From: Camelus ferus
Taxonomy: Eukaryota
Length of the DNA: 64,000 nucleotides
NCBI RefSeq assembly: GCF_009834535.1
Contig: NC_045696.1
Span: 99,636,001 to 99,700,000 of the forward strand
Direction of reading: 5' to 3'
The notes below the pieces were generated by a model. It did not search any database. It was given only the letters and a program-made list of their open reading frames with translations, and had not been told where the DNA came from. A program made the position numbers and the translations under genes. This document shows, piece by piece, positions 50,776-64,000 of this stretch. Position 1 is the stretch's first letter, and the number at the start of each line of letters is the position of its first letter.

Positions 50776-51866
50776 ACATCCACCACACTCAGGCTTTTCT
50801 ATCTCAAGCGTTTTCAGTTTTTAGTCTTTTAAATTTTAACTACAAGACTAGAATATCCATCTGAGATGTTTTACTGCAGTTGAGTAACTGTATGAAATTA
50901 TGTCAGACACTTAAAGAAAGGAAATGACTCAATAGGGACCTTTTCTAAGACTGATGATATTAAAATCAAATACTTAGGCTCCTTTTCCTGAAGGTCATCC
51001 TTGTCACACAATTTTTGTCCTCCTTGAATGACTGACAAGAGATATTGCTTAAAGTCCACTGCACTCATGCTTAACATGAGCTGTCATCCAACCTAGTTCA
51101 CCCCTTTGTGAAGTCAACATTGAAACCCACAGATAGCTCGGCATGCTCTGGGTCTGGCTGAGTGAACGTGAGGGCTATAAAGACACGGAGGTTGAATTCT
51201 CATTTATGTGGAGTATTCCCTTCTAAGTTGGGCAATGTGCACTGACATGGAAACCTGGAGACGGTTCCATCCTGGCTAATGACAGTGTACGTAGCTGGTG
51301 GGTAATTACAGGCCTTCAACCTTCAGTACTTCACTCTTCATGAGATTAATGTTTATTCAGAACAATAAATATAAGGTCTATGACACCTTTAGAGTTATGC
51401 TGAAAAGGGACTCGGTGACCACTGATGAATGACTGTAGCTGTTTCATGCCTTGCTAAACATATTTGGTTTTCACAAGCAATAGATTCTTCAAGGAGTAGA
51501 ATTCACAGTGGGTGCAGGAAAGTACACATATTAATTCCGTAAAATCTAGCTAAGACTTGCATCCAGTTCTTTAGGGGGTGACATTAACAGAGTTTTTTGA
51601 TCCAATCTTAACTCCTACACATGCTGAGCAGCTGGCGGGGCGGATATTTTCTCTACATCAAACTCTGCACTATGACTGGGCTTTGTTGCTGACAAGATTG
51701 CTAAAGAAAATGGCTCTCTGGCCCTTTTGGAAATTCTGGAAGAGAATGTAATTTGACAAATTCCTTTTTTGTCTAAACTAATCACAGTAGATTCTATTTT
51801 TGGCAACTGAGAATCCTGAAGATATAGCCATGAAATCTGCTTACAAAGCTTAGAGAAAAAGTTAGG

Positions 51867-53280
51867 TTCATTCATTCATTCACTGGATCATTTGTTTACT
51901 ATTTCCATTTATTTACTGTCTCTACTGTTTTTTTAATAAATAACTTATTTTAAAATGTTTACTGGGTAACAATCTCATACATGCCATTTTATTAATTTTT
52001 GTGGGAGGTAAAAAAAAATAAATACATTACACAAGGACCCTGACCTCAAGGAAGTTGTGAACGGTTGATTCAACCATGCTAGAAAACAGAAAGTGGCCAG
52101 TGCTACCAACGAATTACAGCGGTACTTTGCTACCAAGGTTCAGAGGAGAGACAGCAATTGGGTGCAGAAAAAGAGTCACCTCCTTCAGAAAAGAAATGGC
52201 ACAGGAGACGGGTCTAAAAGAGAAGATTTGAATAGAAAAATGAGGCAGATATCTCTGGGCAGAGAAGGCGTGAAGGGGAGAAAATATGTGGCATATACGA
52301 ATAACAGTCATACTTAGTTTTCATGCAGCATGAATGGACCGACAAAGGGACAAAATGGAAAAATGGCAGATCAGAAGAATTTGTAGTGTACACACAGGTG
52401 TTTTGACTTTAATTTGTACACTTTGAAGGATTCTTAGGAGGAAGTATCTCAAGAAAGTATTCTTTCATGTATTATTGGCTTTATTGGGATACAATTCACA
52501 AATTATACCATTGGCCAATTTGAAGCGTAAAATTCATTTTTTGTATCTGTACTGTTTTATAGCTTTCAGATGATAGAAAAAAATTTTTAAAAAGTTGCAA
52601 AACCTAAGTATTTTATTCTTGATGGTATTGTCAGTGGAATTCTTTTTCTTCATTTCATTTTTAGATTGTTCATTGCAAGTGTATAGAAATGCAATGGACT
52701 GTTGTGTATTGACCATGGATTGACACCCTGCTGAACTCATTTATTAGTTAATAGATTTTTTTAGTGCTTTCCTTATGCTCTTCTGTAAACAAGATCATGT
52801 CATCTGCAAATAGGGATTTTTTTTAATATGTCCTCCTTTCTAATACAGATGACTTTTATTTCACTTTGTTGACTAACTGCCCTGGCAAACCTTCTAGTAA
52901 AATATTGAAGTAGCAAGAGAAAATATCCTGGTCATGTTTTTGACTGTTAAGAATGATGTTAGCTGTTGGTTGTTCATAGATGCCATCTATCAGGTTGAGA
53001 AGTTTTCTTCTATTCCTAGTTCGTTGAGTATTTTGATTATGAGAGCACGTCAAGGTTATTGTGATGTCTGTGTCTAAAAGGAATTGGAAATTGAAGCTAG
53101 TGAAGATGTTATTCAGATATCAAGGCAGAATGTGATGCATACAACATAAATTAGGGTAAAATATATAGCACAGCTATTGATGAGAGAGATATTGAAGAGA
53201 TGCAAATGATAAGTACTGGTGATTGAGTTGACAAGGGTGAAAATGTAGCAGGAGATACCTGCCTGAGTACCTGGGGATAT
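51867..53280 (-). mobile_element. L2 fragment interrupted by L1 at 52470-53050
   Basis: Begins with an (TTCA)n tail. Contains 'ggaccctgacctcaaggaag' and 'gatatctctgggcagag', and after the L1 'cagatatcaaggcagaatgtgatg'. Confidence 0.6.
52470..53050 (-). mobile_element. Old L1M ORF2 fragment
   Basis: Minus-strand ORFs contain LLNLIDGIYEQPTANIILN and VNTQQSIAFLYTCNEQSKNEMKK, both degenerate RT-region motifs. Confidence 0.8.
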
Positions 53281-53289
53281 GAAACATAG

Positions 53290-53510
53290 AGAACATGGTT
53301 AAGAGCCGGGGTTAAATCTCAGCTTGACTCCTTTGTAATCATGTGTCCTCGGCCAAGCAACTTGGCCTCTTTGTGGCCTCACTTCCTACGGTTATAGAAT
53401 GTAGGTTTAGTAACTCACAGATTTTCTGTGAATATTAAATGCATTATTATATGTGAAGCCTTTAAAAACAAATGCCTAGCTTTGAGTGTTACCTGTAATT
53501 ATTACTATTT
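53290..53510 (+). mobile_element. MIR SINE
   Basis: 'catggttaagagc...tgtgtcctcggccaagcaacttggcctctttgtggcctcacttcct...tgtgaatattaaatg...atgtgaagcctttaaaaacaaatgcctagc'. Confidence 0.75.
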
Positions 53511-55780
53511 CAAAATAACCTATTTTTTTCTGTTTATGAACAAATACAAACGTATCGTCATCAAATTGGTACTTTCCAGCCAAAAAGTAGACATAAAAAT
53601 ATTTTTCTTCTAAAAATGAAAGGGAAATTCATTGATTCCTTTGGTGCAAAATATTATGTATCATAGGTAAATGATAGAGAACACATACTTTGAAATGATA
53701 TGTTCACATCTTCAGGGAAAAAGCTTGTTTCCTTATTCAAAACCTTGACTATGACTATTAATGAGCAGGTAGCACAAAATAAAGAAAGGCGCAGAAGTTT
53801 TTAGAAATAGGCATGCAATTAATATATATAATTTGATCTCTGTAGAGTAAAAGTGCATATTAAGTAAATCTAATCAAACACAACCACAGCTAAATTGTCT
53901 TACACTTGCCTGAGACATGCACACACCTGCTGAACAAAAGGAATAAAATGTCTTGTCTCTAGGAAACTATTGCAGTTAATCAGCTTCAATAATATTTTAT
54001 TTTTGAACATTTCTTTTATCCAAATCCAGAGTAGCATCTAATTAGAACACAGAGATACCTCAGACATTATTATATTTAAAATGGCTACATTTGACCCTTA
54101 TCTCAACTTCTATGTTCATATAGCTACTTAATAATGCAGAGTAGCTCTTTAATAAATATATTTAAATTTTATTCTGAAATAATACTTTATGTAATGTACT
54201 AAATAAAGCCATTTATGCCCAGAAGAAAATTGCATAGCATAAAATAACATAAAGATCAGTTCGCTTATCTATAACTTTTACTTTAAATTACATACATGAA
54301 TTTTCACGAATCCTTGATGTTACAAGCCAGAAGTCTCACATATTCTATGCCTTAGTGAGTGTAACTTGTTTTCATTCAAGTTACACTTGAATTCATTAGT
54401 TTCGTTTCAACTAATGAGGATTAAAACCTTAATAATGTTTTCATCAGTAGGTCATACTTTTCCCAACCTAGTTTAAGATACTTTCTCACATTTTGTCAAT
54501 CTTAATCCAATTTGGAAATACTAAACAAATAAAAATAATATGCTAAATAAATTGGTTTATTTGTTATGCAGTGTACTTCTTACTTAATGGTACTGCATCT
54601 CAACAGAACACATGACACCATATAAGATACAGCTCTAGTGTTTCAAATTCTGAATTATACTCAGTAAAGCTGTACAACAGAAACACTGTTCATGAAGAGT
54701 AATTAAGTGAATACTGCTATTAGAAATATTGGGAATAAAATAGGTTAATCCTCCTACAAGCAACTTAGATCATTTCAAAAACTTTATGAAGGATGTATTA
54801 TTTGACTTAAGACCTCTACATTTAGGACTGTGTATTATAAAAGTAATCAGAGACATCAATGATATATGCTCAACTTCAGCTGACCACTAGAAATTATAAA
54901 ATATAAAATAATATTTTATGTATTTATAATACATATGCTTTATGTAAATATTTATATATTAACATATATGGTATTATATGTATATTGAAATTAGTTTATA
55001 TATCCAAACATAGGGACTTTTTAGTACAATAGTATGATGAAATATTTAGCAAACACTCAATGATGCTGCATTTGAAGAAACGTCACTGACTTTTAAAAAT
55101 ATTCATGAAATAAAGTTCAGTGAAAAAAGCACAAAATTATAAATATTTCCCTATTTAATACATCATATATTTTTATCTGTATATGTTTCTCAGTTATGGT
55201 TAGTTATAACAAATCTTTTCCTCTGAGGCCCAGCGCTCTTCAAGCAAATGTTATGTTATAATGCAAATATTTTGGTCACCATACAGTCAACTGAAGAAAT
55301 TCAAGCCCAGAAGACATAGGTACTAAATAGGTGTAAGCAGTTTGGTTACCATACAAGCAGCAGAATTTAAAGACCAGTGTAAGTTTAGAAACGTTAAGTA
55401 TGTGATTGGCTTTTAGCATTATGTTTTAGGAGGCTCAGGGGACTACTTTGCTCTGAAACCCATAGCACCTTTGATGTGATCAGTCAGTCTGTTTCCTACT
55501 GCCTTGCCACTCTTGGCCAGTGTAAGAACTAAACCCAGCTGTTTCCATAAAATGGTAGGTCCTGTGACCAAGTTTCTCTGACAATCAAAAGTAAAAGGAT
55601 CAGCACTGACCGCTGGACTCGAGACACCATCCTCATACCTAAACCTGCCGATGTAAATGAAGCTCTTCCTTTGGTCAGACAAGACAGAGAATTGTGGGTT
55701 TCCTCCACTCACTCTTCTATGTATTAGTAAAGTGTTCCGTGATACTAGGAAACTACAGTTACTAACTCTCTTTGACTAGA

Positions 55781-56148
55781 TGTCTTAGTCAGTTTGAGCT
55801 ATTGTAACAAAATACCATAGACTGGGAGGCTTAAACACCAGACATTTATTTATCATAGTTCTGGAAGCTGGAAAATCCAAGATCAGGGTGCTGGCACGGT
55901 CAGGCTCTTAGTGAGGGCTCTCTTCCTGGGCTGTAGACAGCCACCTTCTCACTGCGTCCTCACTTGGCAGAGAGACAGTGAGTCTCTTCCTCTTCTTGTA
56001 AGGCCACTAGTTCTATCACGGGGGTCCCACCCTCATGCCCTCATCTAAATCTAATTACCTCCCAAAGCTCCACCTCCAAATACCTATATCTGGGGTTAGG
56101 GCTTCAACATATGAAATTTGGGAGGACACAGACATTTAGTCCATAACA
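55781..56148 (-). mobile_element. MaLR solo LTR, MLT1A0-like (complete, 368 bp)
   Basis: TG...CA termini with a 5-bp TSD ctaga/ctagg (55776-55780 and 56149-56153). Contains 'aaaataccatagactgggaggcttaaaca' and 'ggggttagggcttcaacatatgaa'. Confidence 0.9.
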
Positions 56149-57879
56149 CTAGGGACCCTCTTTTTCTTCCCTACTACGTCTCAGAAAGATGGGAGCTGTC
56201 AATAAAGCCTGTATACATTTCAGCAATATTCTGAGTTCATTGTAAAGGCTTAGGAATTTTGAGAAAAAGAATCTGCTTCTGGGACCTAGGACTCAGGCAC
56301 TTAATCATATAACACATACACATACATAGATGGATGTGAAAACAATGGAAATAAATCATCAACATGTCTCTTAAAAGTGGAATTGCAAGTAAAGAATTTC
56401 CCTCCTACATTTAAAAATATTCTATTTTTTTGCAAAAACTTAATCATAAGACATACATAGTTTTAAAGATCTGGTGTCTAGTATATCCATCAAGGGCTAA
56501 AGATTTGGACCTAAGTCTACGGTAAAAGCAAACTTGTTAAAGAAATGATCCATTAAATAGATTCTAATCCTATTGTTTCTTTGTATCTCAGGTTTTACAT
56601 GAAAACATACCAAAGAATACATTAAATTATATCATGCTAATGCTAATTCAACTCGAATTCTGTCTCTGACAGTGGTAGTGAGGGTCATGCCCCCACATTA
56701 TTACAGTACCTCTAGTTCATTTTTGGAGACAAAGTCCAATTAAAGTAAGACACATTAAAAGATACTAGGTGTGTCCATGGTATTTTCCTGTCGTTGACTC
56801 TTTACCTGAGTATTGCATCTTCAATTTTATTCCACACTTAAATACAAAGGCTTAAATGTACTTGAAGTATGTTCAGATATACACAGAAAAAAAAAGATTC
56901 TTCGTTATGACTTTAAGTTCTTTGATCTTTCTCTTGAACTTGAACCTTGGGAGAGGGGAAGAATCTTATTCAGTAAATCAAATAGTCTTAGCTCAGTGTA
57001 ATAATGGAAATAGTCACTTTAAGCAAAATGCTCAATTTTCTCATTTTGCTTCTTCCATCCTTTTCTTACTCAAAATGGCATTTGACATATAAGAGGGATA
57101 CAGTACTAGTGGGGAGAAGTTTCCGCTGTTTAGTTAATCAGTGTGGCATTTTCTGGCCACTTTAGCCACGTCCTTCCTCATATTGATCCAGTCGCCCTGC
57201 CTGGTGTGTGCTCATCTTTTCGCTCCAGTGTGATGTGTGGACCGGCCCACCTCTCTAGACTTTTTCAGAGCCTTCTCAACATTCACAAGTGACACAGGCC
57301 TCTCTAATGTCCCACCACACCTTCTGTCTGGCCAAGATGTCCTCTCCTTAGCCTCTCCAGGACCTTCAGCAGGCTCTATAATTGCTTACGTGCACCCCAT
57401 CCCCAAGGAGCTGGGGAGAACCTCTGAATTCCATCCATTACAAGACAGGGACAAGAGGCAGGTTAGGACAGTTAAACGGTAACCCTTCCTGTCCTTAAGC
57501 TCACTGAGATGCCAGGTTTCCTTGCCATGGAGCTGCTCTCCAAGTTCATGCAAGGGCAACAATTGGGGATAAGAATTGGGGGAAAAAACAAGCTAACATT
57601 CAAGGAAATGTGTCCAAATCCTAAATCGTATACTAGTGCTTACACTAATCTAATATTAATACTGATCTCACATTAATCTAATGAGCAAAAGTCTTCTTCC
57701 CTTTCTGTTTCTCCCAAATTTTTATTACCCCTTCCCTTCTCTAGGCTACAACCCCCAAAAAGGGAAGATCAGGATCTACCTGTCCCATCCTTTCCCTTTG
57801 TCTCTTATTCTATTTCAGATTTTTTAGTACCAAAAGAAGTGAGCATCTTTTTTTTTTTTTTCTTTTAATGACATACCCT

Positions 57880-58670
57880 CCTACTGTTTTCCTCCCCCTG
57901 CTCCTGTCCTACTCTGGATTCCTGTATCTCAGTGCATGGTGGCACTATCCATCAACTGGTCAGGTCAGAAATCTAGGAATCATCCTCGACCCCTCTTTAT
58001 TCTTCATCTCCTACACCCAACTCTACCAAGTAATTTTGATCCTTCCTTTTAAGTAGCTCTCAGTATTATCCACATCTCCATTTCCACTGCCCTCAATGTC
58101 CAACCCCGAATAATAACCATCTCCTTCCCCAGCACTATTGCGGTGGTCTCCTAGTGGTTCCTCTTGCATCTCCTTTTTTGCCTGCCATGAGTCCATTCTG
58201 TATTCTGCAGCTGCTCTACAAGGCTCTCCATACCTAACTCCTGTCTTATCTCAGACTGTTTCCCCCTCACTCTCTGTGCTGACCCACATTGGCTAATTTT
58301 TTGCCCTTGTTCTCAGGGCTTCGGGGACTGGAATGATTTCCTTCATTGCTCCTGATTCACTCTCAGTCATTCTTCAGATCTGAACTCAAATTTCTTCAAG
58401 AAAACCTTCCTTGAATTTATTAGACTCAATGAGGCCCTCTTAGAGACCACTGTAACTTTGCTTCACAGCACAAAATAGAGGTTATGATCACTTTTATGTA
58501 GTTTCTATCTTTCATATCTTTTTCCTGGACTGTAAGTCCTATGAAGGTAGGGACCCATGCTATTTGTTTTCTATTACTTTATTTATTACTGTATTTTTAT
58601 TAGTCCTGGCATCTAGCAGACTTACTAGAATATGGTGGGCATTTAGTAACTGTTAAATAAATCAAATGAT
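57880..58670 (+). mobile_element. L2 3' fragment
   Basis: 'tatctcagtgcatggtggcactatccatc...caggtcagaaatctaggaatcatcctcgac' and 'ggactgtaagtcctatgaaggtagggacc', ending 'tgttaaataaatcaaatga'. Confidence 0.8.
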
Positions 58671-58953
58671 GTTGACATGAATTTAAATGTTACTGGATAT
58701 AGAATATCAACAATAGGAAAAGTCAAGGATGGTTGTGAGGAGTAAAAGGCTTGTAGGCAAGATGCTCCTTTGTTGAATATTAAATTAAATATTTTGCTTT
58801 CTCAGTCATAAATATTGGAGAAAAGAGTAAATTTCTTAAAATAATTTTATACTGATCTTCACTGAGTTATAATTAGAGTTATATGAGATATTTTGAAGTT
58901 TATCATTAACTTTGAATCATTAAAACTGAAAATTAAGCACTTTTGTGCTTATA

Positions 58954-58970
58954 TGTGTGTGTGTGTGTGT
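58954..58970. repeat. (TG)n microsatellite
   Basis: About 8-9 units. Confidence 0.85.
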
Positions 58971-61074
58971 ACACATAAAAGTAGCCAGGTCATGAATATT
59001 TAAATGTCTATAAGTACTTCAAATCTTATGACATAAATAAATACAGAATCAATTCCTGAACCCATGTGATACTAAAACAAATAATCTGTAATGTTCTGTA
59101 TTTACTAATTTTATTATAGTTATCAGTGAACCTTATATGTAGGTAAAGAAAACTAGTTATACACAGTAATTAAACTGATTTATTATTATTAATTGATTCA
59201 GTAATAATTTCAAAGTGCTTGAAGAGGTATTCAAATTATTACATCAAATCCAATTAAGATATATTTGACAGGTGGTAATAAACCCTTCTTTGATTACTTT
59301 CCCCAAATTTAAGACTAAATTGGCATTTAAATGGTGAGACTGGGAAAAGCCTGAGTGGGTAAAAACAAATTTTGTAAATGACTCTAATATTTTGTTACTG
59401 AATCATTTTCAATTTCATAAGAATATGTTAGTCTTAATTCAGTCTGAGATTAAAATATACAAGAAATGATTTTTCAAAGACTTTTCCAAGTAATAGCAAT
59501 CCATAAATATTTTTATCATTAAGAATACTAAAATGTTAATCTGCTAATTTCTTTTAAAAATATATGTTATTTTTTAAGCTCTAAGGAGGCAAAGATCATG
59601 TCACTCAGCATAAATTTCAATTTTATCACTACCTATAGGATTTAAAAATTTCCCAAATTATTATTAAAATTTATATTTAGGATATTAAAGTCAGCCTGAA
59701 CTGACTGGTAGTATTTTTATTATTTTATACACAACTCCCCCAACAAAATAAACAGATTGTATAATATTAAAATTGAGCTGGGTGCATTTTCCAGTTTCCA
59801 AACTAAATTCTGATGAAACCTTTTTTTTTCCCCCTCAGGGTTGCTCCCATTTATAGATTTTAAAGGGTTACACATAACTCTTACATAAGTGAGGATATGA
59901 AGTTTGCCTTCTTAGAAAGTGTTTTTCCCATTAAAAAACAAACCAAAAAACAGATGCACCATTGCCTGCTTCACAGTCAGAGCCAATCTGAAACGGCTGA
60001 TGCTAGCTCAGGGAAGTCATAAAGAGATCAAATGACTTCTGGGCCAATGGAAAGCCCTACTGCCTAAATGCGTTTCAGGCCAATTTGAAGAAATAATTAG
60101 ACTTACTGGAAGCGTGTGTGAATAATGCTGCAAGTACAATTATGAACTGCCTGGACATATCGCTTTCAATATAGAAGACGTTGTCTTCTGATTCTGTTGG
60201 TATGTGTGTAAAATTCAAGACCTTGCTATTAGAACGGGTAAAGCAATGGTAACATCATGATACATCAAAAATTGCAGTTCATTCCTGGAATCAGTTGTCA
60301 TTAGGTAAAAAGCCAGTTATTAGTCAACTGAGATATAAACAAGCTCTTCTCTCTCCCTTTAGCACTCGGCTTTTTGTGTTCTAAATGTAGATAAATGACT
60401 GTAAATCTAAGCAGTTTACAGATAATAATAGAAAAGGCTTCTAAGAACTGAAATCAATAAACACATGGCAATGGCAGACCACTGTAATGCAATTAGGGGA
60501 TGTTGTATGGAGGCCTCCGAAGTGCCTATAAATGAATGTGACTTCAGTACTGCTGCCAAATGAGTCCAATGCCCCACAAATGAACTGAAAACCAAGTGCC
60601 TGGGATATCGTCTGCAGTGTCACTTTAAGAGGACTGCTGTGCTGGTGCTGTGTTCCTGCAGTGATTTGCTGGAAATAGCACAGAACATACATATACCAAG
60701 ATACTGTATTTAAGTCTCATTTTATTCTGATAAGAAACGTGTTCACCATTCATGAGAGTGTGCATGTCACCAGAGTTGGTATTCAGCACGACAAAAAAGA
60801 TGGAAAGGATATTTTATTCAGAGTACGACTGGCAGCTGATCCTGACAACATTAACAATATTTATTACAAAGTTGTAAGAATGAAGAAAGCAAAAACTACG
60901 GAATGCAACTGGTTTCTGTTAACTTCAAACATGGAATCATAGTGTTATATTCAGTACTTGGATATTTTCTAGGGAGACTTTGTTTTTCTTTTTTTAATAG
61001 AAACCTTGTAAATGTTAACCACAATCTGCCAGTTCCAATGAAATGTGTAATTTTTTTTATCATTTTTACAAACG

Positions 61075-61280
61075 CCTATTTTATCAGTGCTTAGTACATG
61101 CCAGGTACTAATTTACAAATATTAACTCAGTTAATCCTCAAAACAACCATCATTAGCCCCATTAAGAGTTGTTGAAACTAAGACACACAGAGGAGTCTGG
61201 GGTCACAGAACTAGTGAGTGAAGGAACCCAGCTTAAACCCAGGCGATCTGCCTTAGAGCCCTGGCTTGGAATATTGACCT
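61075..61280 (-). mobile_element. MIR SINE
   Basis: 'gtgcttagtacatgccaggtact...ttaatcctcaaaacaacc...gaaactaagacacacag...ggtcacagaactagtgagtg...aaacccaggcgatctg'. Confidence 0.8.
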
Positions 61281-61299
61281 ACAACATAGATGTCGGTAT

Positions 61300-61463
61300 G
61301 TGCACAATGAGAATCACTGCAGAGTTGTTTTTTTTTTAATGTTTTGATTCACAGGTTCCACCCTCACAGATTTTAACTTAGTGAATCTGGGACAGGGCCC
61401 AGGCATCTCCATTTTCAGTAAGATTTTATAGTTGTTCTGTTGGCCACTCTTTGAGACATACTG
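61300..61463. mobile_element. hAT-Charlie MITE, MER5-like
   Basis: 'gagaatcac...agattttaacttagtgaatctgggacagggcccaggcatctccattttc...ccactctttgagacatactg'. Confidence 0.65.
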
Positions 61464-64000
61464 ATTTAGAAGTACCTGGTTATAACCATCATATTGGATT
61501 CCTTATTCTTGCTTCCATTCTATGTTCATCCATGGTAATTTTTATAACTAAATGACTAAAGCTACACCAGCGCTCATTCTGATCCTAAATAGGGCAAATT
61601 CAGAGACCAAATGCACATGTAGCTCATGCTGCCATTTTTAATTATTGCTGAGGTCCAACCCTTCACAGATCAAAACGCTTTTAGGGATATTATTTATTAA
61701 TCTAGAGTAATTAATGAACCAAAAACTATATACATTTTTGTTAACAGAAACAGTCATGAGCATCTTCCCTTAATGCAACTGAGACACATCCTTCCTGAGT
61801 CTTTGTATTCTCTTAAACTTTTTTCCATTTCATCCTTGATGATCTGGGCTGAAACTTTCTCTTTGTTTTTCAGATGAATCCTCCCTACTAGCACTACAAT
61901 AGTTAATTGAGTATTTCCATTTTATAAAATATCTTTGAGTATAATGACTGCAAGTACTTTGTTGAATATTCATTAACTATCCTTTTCTCACAGGGCATAT
62001 AAATCCTCTGAAATGCAATACATATACACTTTAAACTTTGACATAAAATACTCATATTTCTAAGATAAAGGAGTTTTGCTTCTTTAAGCACTCTCTCAAA
62101 TCATATATAATCAGGAACATTGGCAACACTGCTGCTATGAGAAGGACAGAAAGAACATCAAGAAATCCAAATGAATTCAAACCCATTAAATGTAATGGTG
62201 TGGTAAATCTCAGTGTACCATCTGCTGTAGAACACTGATACACTATTGGAATTCCACATCTTATTTACATAACAGATAAGAATGTGCTAGTAGATTTATA
62301 TGGTGAATAAATACCCAGAGACAAAACTAAGTTTTTCCTATATTCACATCTGGGGATATCCACATCTGTATAAAATTTAATCTATTTCTGTTTAGCTATT
62401 CTACAGTAAAATTTAAAATGCCACCTTATCCAAATGTTATCAGCGATATTGTCAGTAAAACCTAAATAATCAATAAAAAGAAAAAGAGTTCATAAAAAAT
62501 ACTGTGTAAAATGTGAAATTTACCCAAAGAATTCTGTCTCTTCTACACTGAAATGCGTATTTAAGGACTAGGACTGCAAGACTATGCTAGATGCCTAATA
62601 TATCTGTGGTTACATTTAACAAATAAATTGGTAGCATTTCTTTCTGAGGCATGTTAAACTCATATTTGCTCACAAGCACTTAAGAAATTAGGGTAGTAAT
62701 TAAAACCACATTCAACTTTTAGAACGAATTGATTCCAAACTCTTTGAAATCTCTAATATTTAAGTCAGTTCCTAAACACTAATACAAAATTTGAAAGAAA
62801 CGTAAAACCAAATTTTAAAGTGGAATAGCCTCTTGTCCTGGAATTCAAATGAATCCCTCCCTTTTCTTTAGTTAAGGATTTCTGTTAAATATACATGAAT
62901 CACAAAGCCTGTAGATGTTTTCATGACGAATATCATACTTATAATTATAAGACCACATTATCTGTCTCTGTATGTGTCTTTTTTAGGAGCTGGAATTAGT
63001 CAGCAAGGAATTTTTTGAGTTATGCAGACTTTCATCTGCATTATCTAAATTTTTTTTTTTTAATTTAATGGCGATAAAGAGGAAATTGACATTTTCCAGG
63101 ATGGTATCTCAAAGCTCATGGGATACCAAATTTCTTCTGGATCCTCTCCTGTGACTTTCCTCACCAGCAATGTTGAATAATTAAGCACTTTTGCTTTTAG
63201 ATTCAGCAACCAGGATTTAATTAAAAACGGTTCCCGTCTCTTCAACTGCTCTTATCAAACCTCCAGAAGTTGAAGAGTGCTGCTGTTGACAATGGCAGTC
63301 CACCAAGTGGAAAATTATGCAAAGAAAATTGAGAAAGTAGGAAAAATGCCAGGCCTGGTGCCTTAGGGAAGGTGGAGAATATGAAAGTAAATACAGTACA
63401 GAGTATTTTGGTTATTGCTGTTGGCACTCTTCTTGATTATGTAATTGACTTTGTAAATTGATATATTACATGTTTATTACTTATTATCAAATCACAGGAA
63501 TAGGAAACAATTTTGTTCTTGAAAGAATGATGGCCCATTACACAAGTCCCATCAAGAATGTATTTACTATGTAATTGACCACGGTGGTAAATTGAGCTAA
63601 TTTCAACACAGGCTTTGTAAAGCAATATTTATCTCTGATTACCAATAGTTAGAGTCAATTTTTTTTTATTATATTCACATATTTCACATCATACTCAGGC
63701 CCATTTCTTTTTCATACAGTTAAAATTTTACTAACGGGGACAATTAATTAGTATGTAAGTAGAGTCTGGATTCACATTGTAACTGCTGTGAAACCATGGT
63801 GTTACACTTATGTGTCATTTGTTAACTTGAAAATTAGTTTAACGTCATCATTTAACAAACTCCTCGAAAAACTTTAATTATTGCTCGCAAATGTGTTTCT
63901 TACTCTTGCAATGATTATTAAGTTCCTACTGTGTGCACATATGTTACAAAAAACATGACACAAAAGTGAAGATAGTCTTTGCCCTCAATACGACCCCTAA

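Noticed and set aside
1..64000. Host protein-coding gene or prokaryote-style system (operon, CRISPR, retron) from the ORF track
   Set aside because: Apart from L1 ORF2 fragments, the ORFs are short, have no recognisable domains, and many are antisense to L1 or lie inside LTRs. There is no spaced repeat array. The RT is ordinary L1 RT. Small exons cannot be excluded by eye.

Overview
Non-coding mammalian genomic DNA, AT-rich and CpG-depleted. It is most probably camelid (alpaca, llama or camel): there are two Vic-1-like tRNA-derived SINEs and young L1 3' ends of camelid type, and I saw no Alu, Bov-A2/Bov-tA, PRE1 or CanSINE. I cannot support any host protein-coding exon, rRNA, tRNA or CRISPR. 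The only ORFs with recognisable homology are LINE-1 ORF2 fragments (RT domain with YADD, C-terminal Cys-rich domain). The window is gene-desert or intron-like sequence with layered transposon fossils: L1 of several ages, L2, MIR, MaLR MLT1 and ERV1 solo LTRs, and hAT and Tigger MITEs. Several repeat-free blocks look like candidate enhancers. I found no convincing new biological system. The most unusual observations are (1) a ~160-bp L1 insertion that appears to combine a 5' inversion with a 3' transduction, (2) four 5'-inverted (twin-primed) L1s within 27 kb, (3) an L1 inside an MLT1B flanked by a 45-bp duplication, (4) a tandem pair of perfect hairpins at 54358-54417, and (5) motif-clustered unique blocks. 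Repeat family names come from recall of consensus sequences, not a search. Boundaries of old repeats are approximate.
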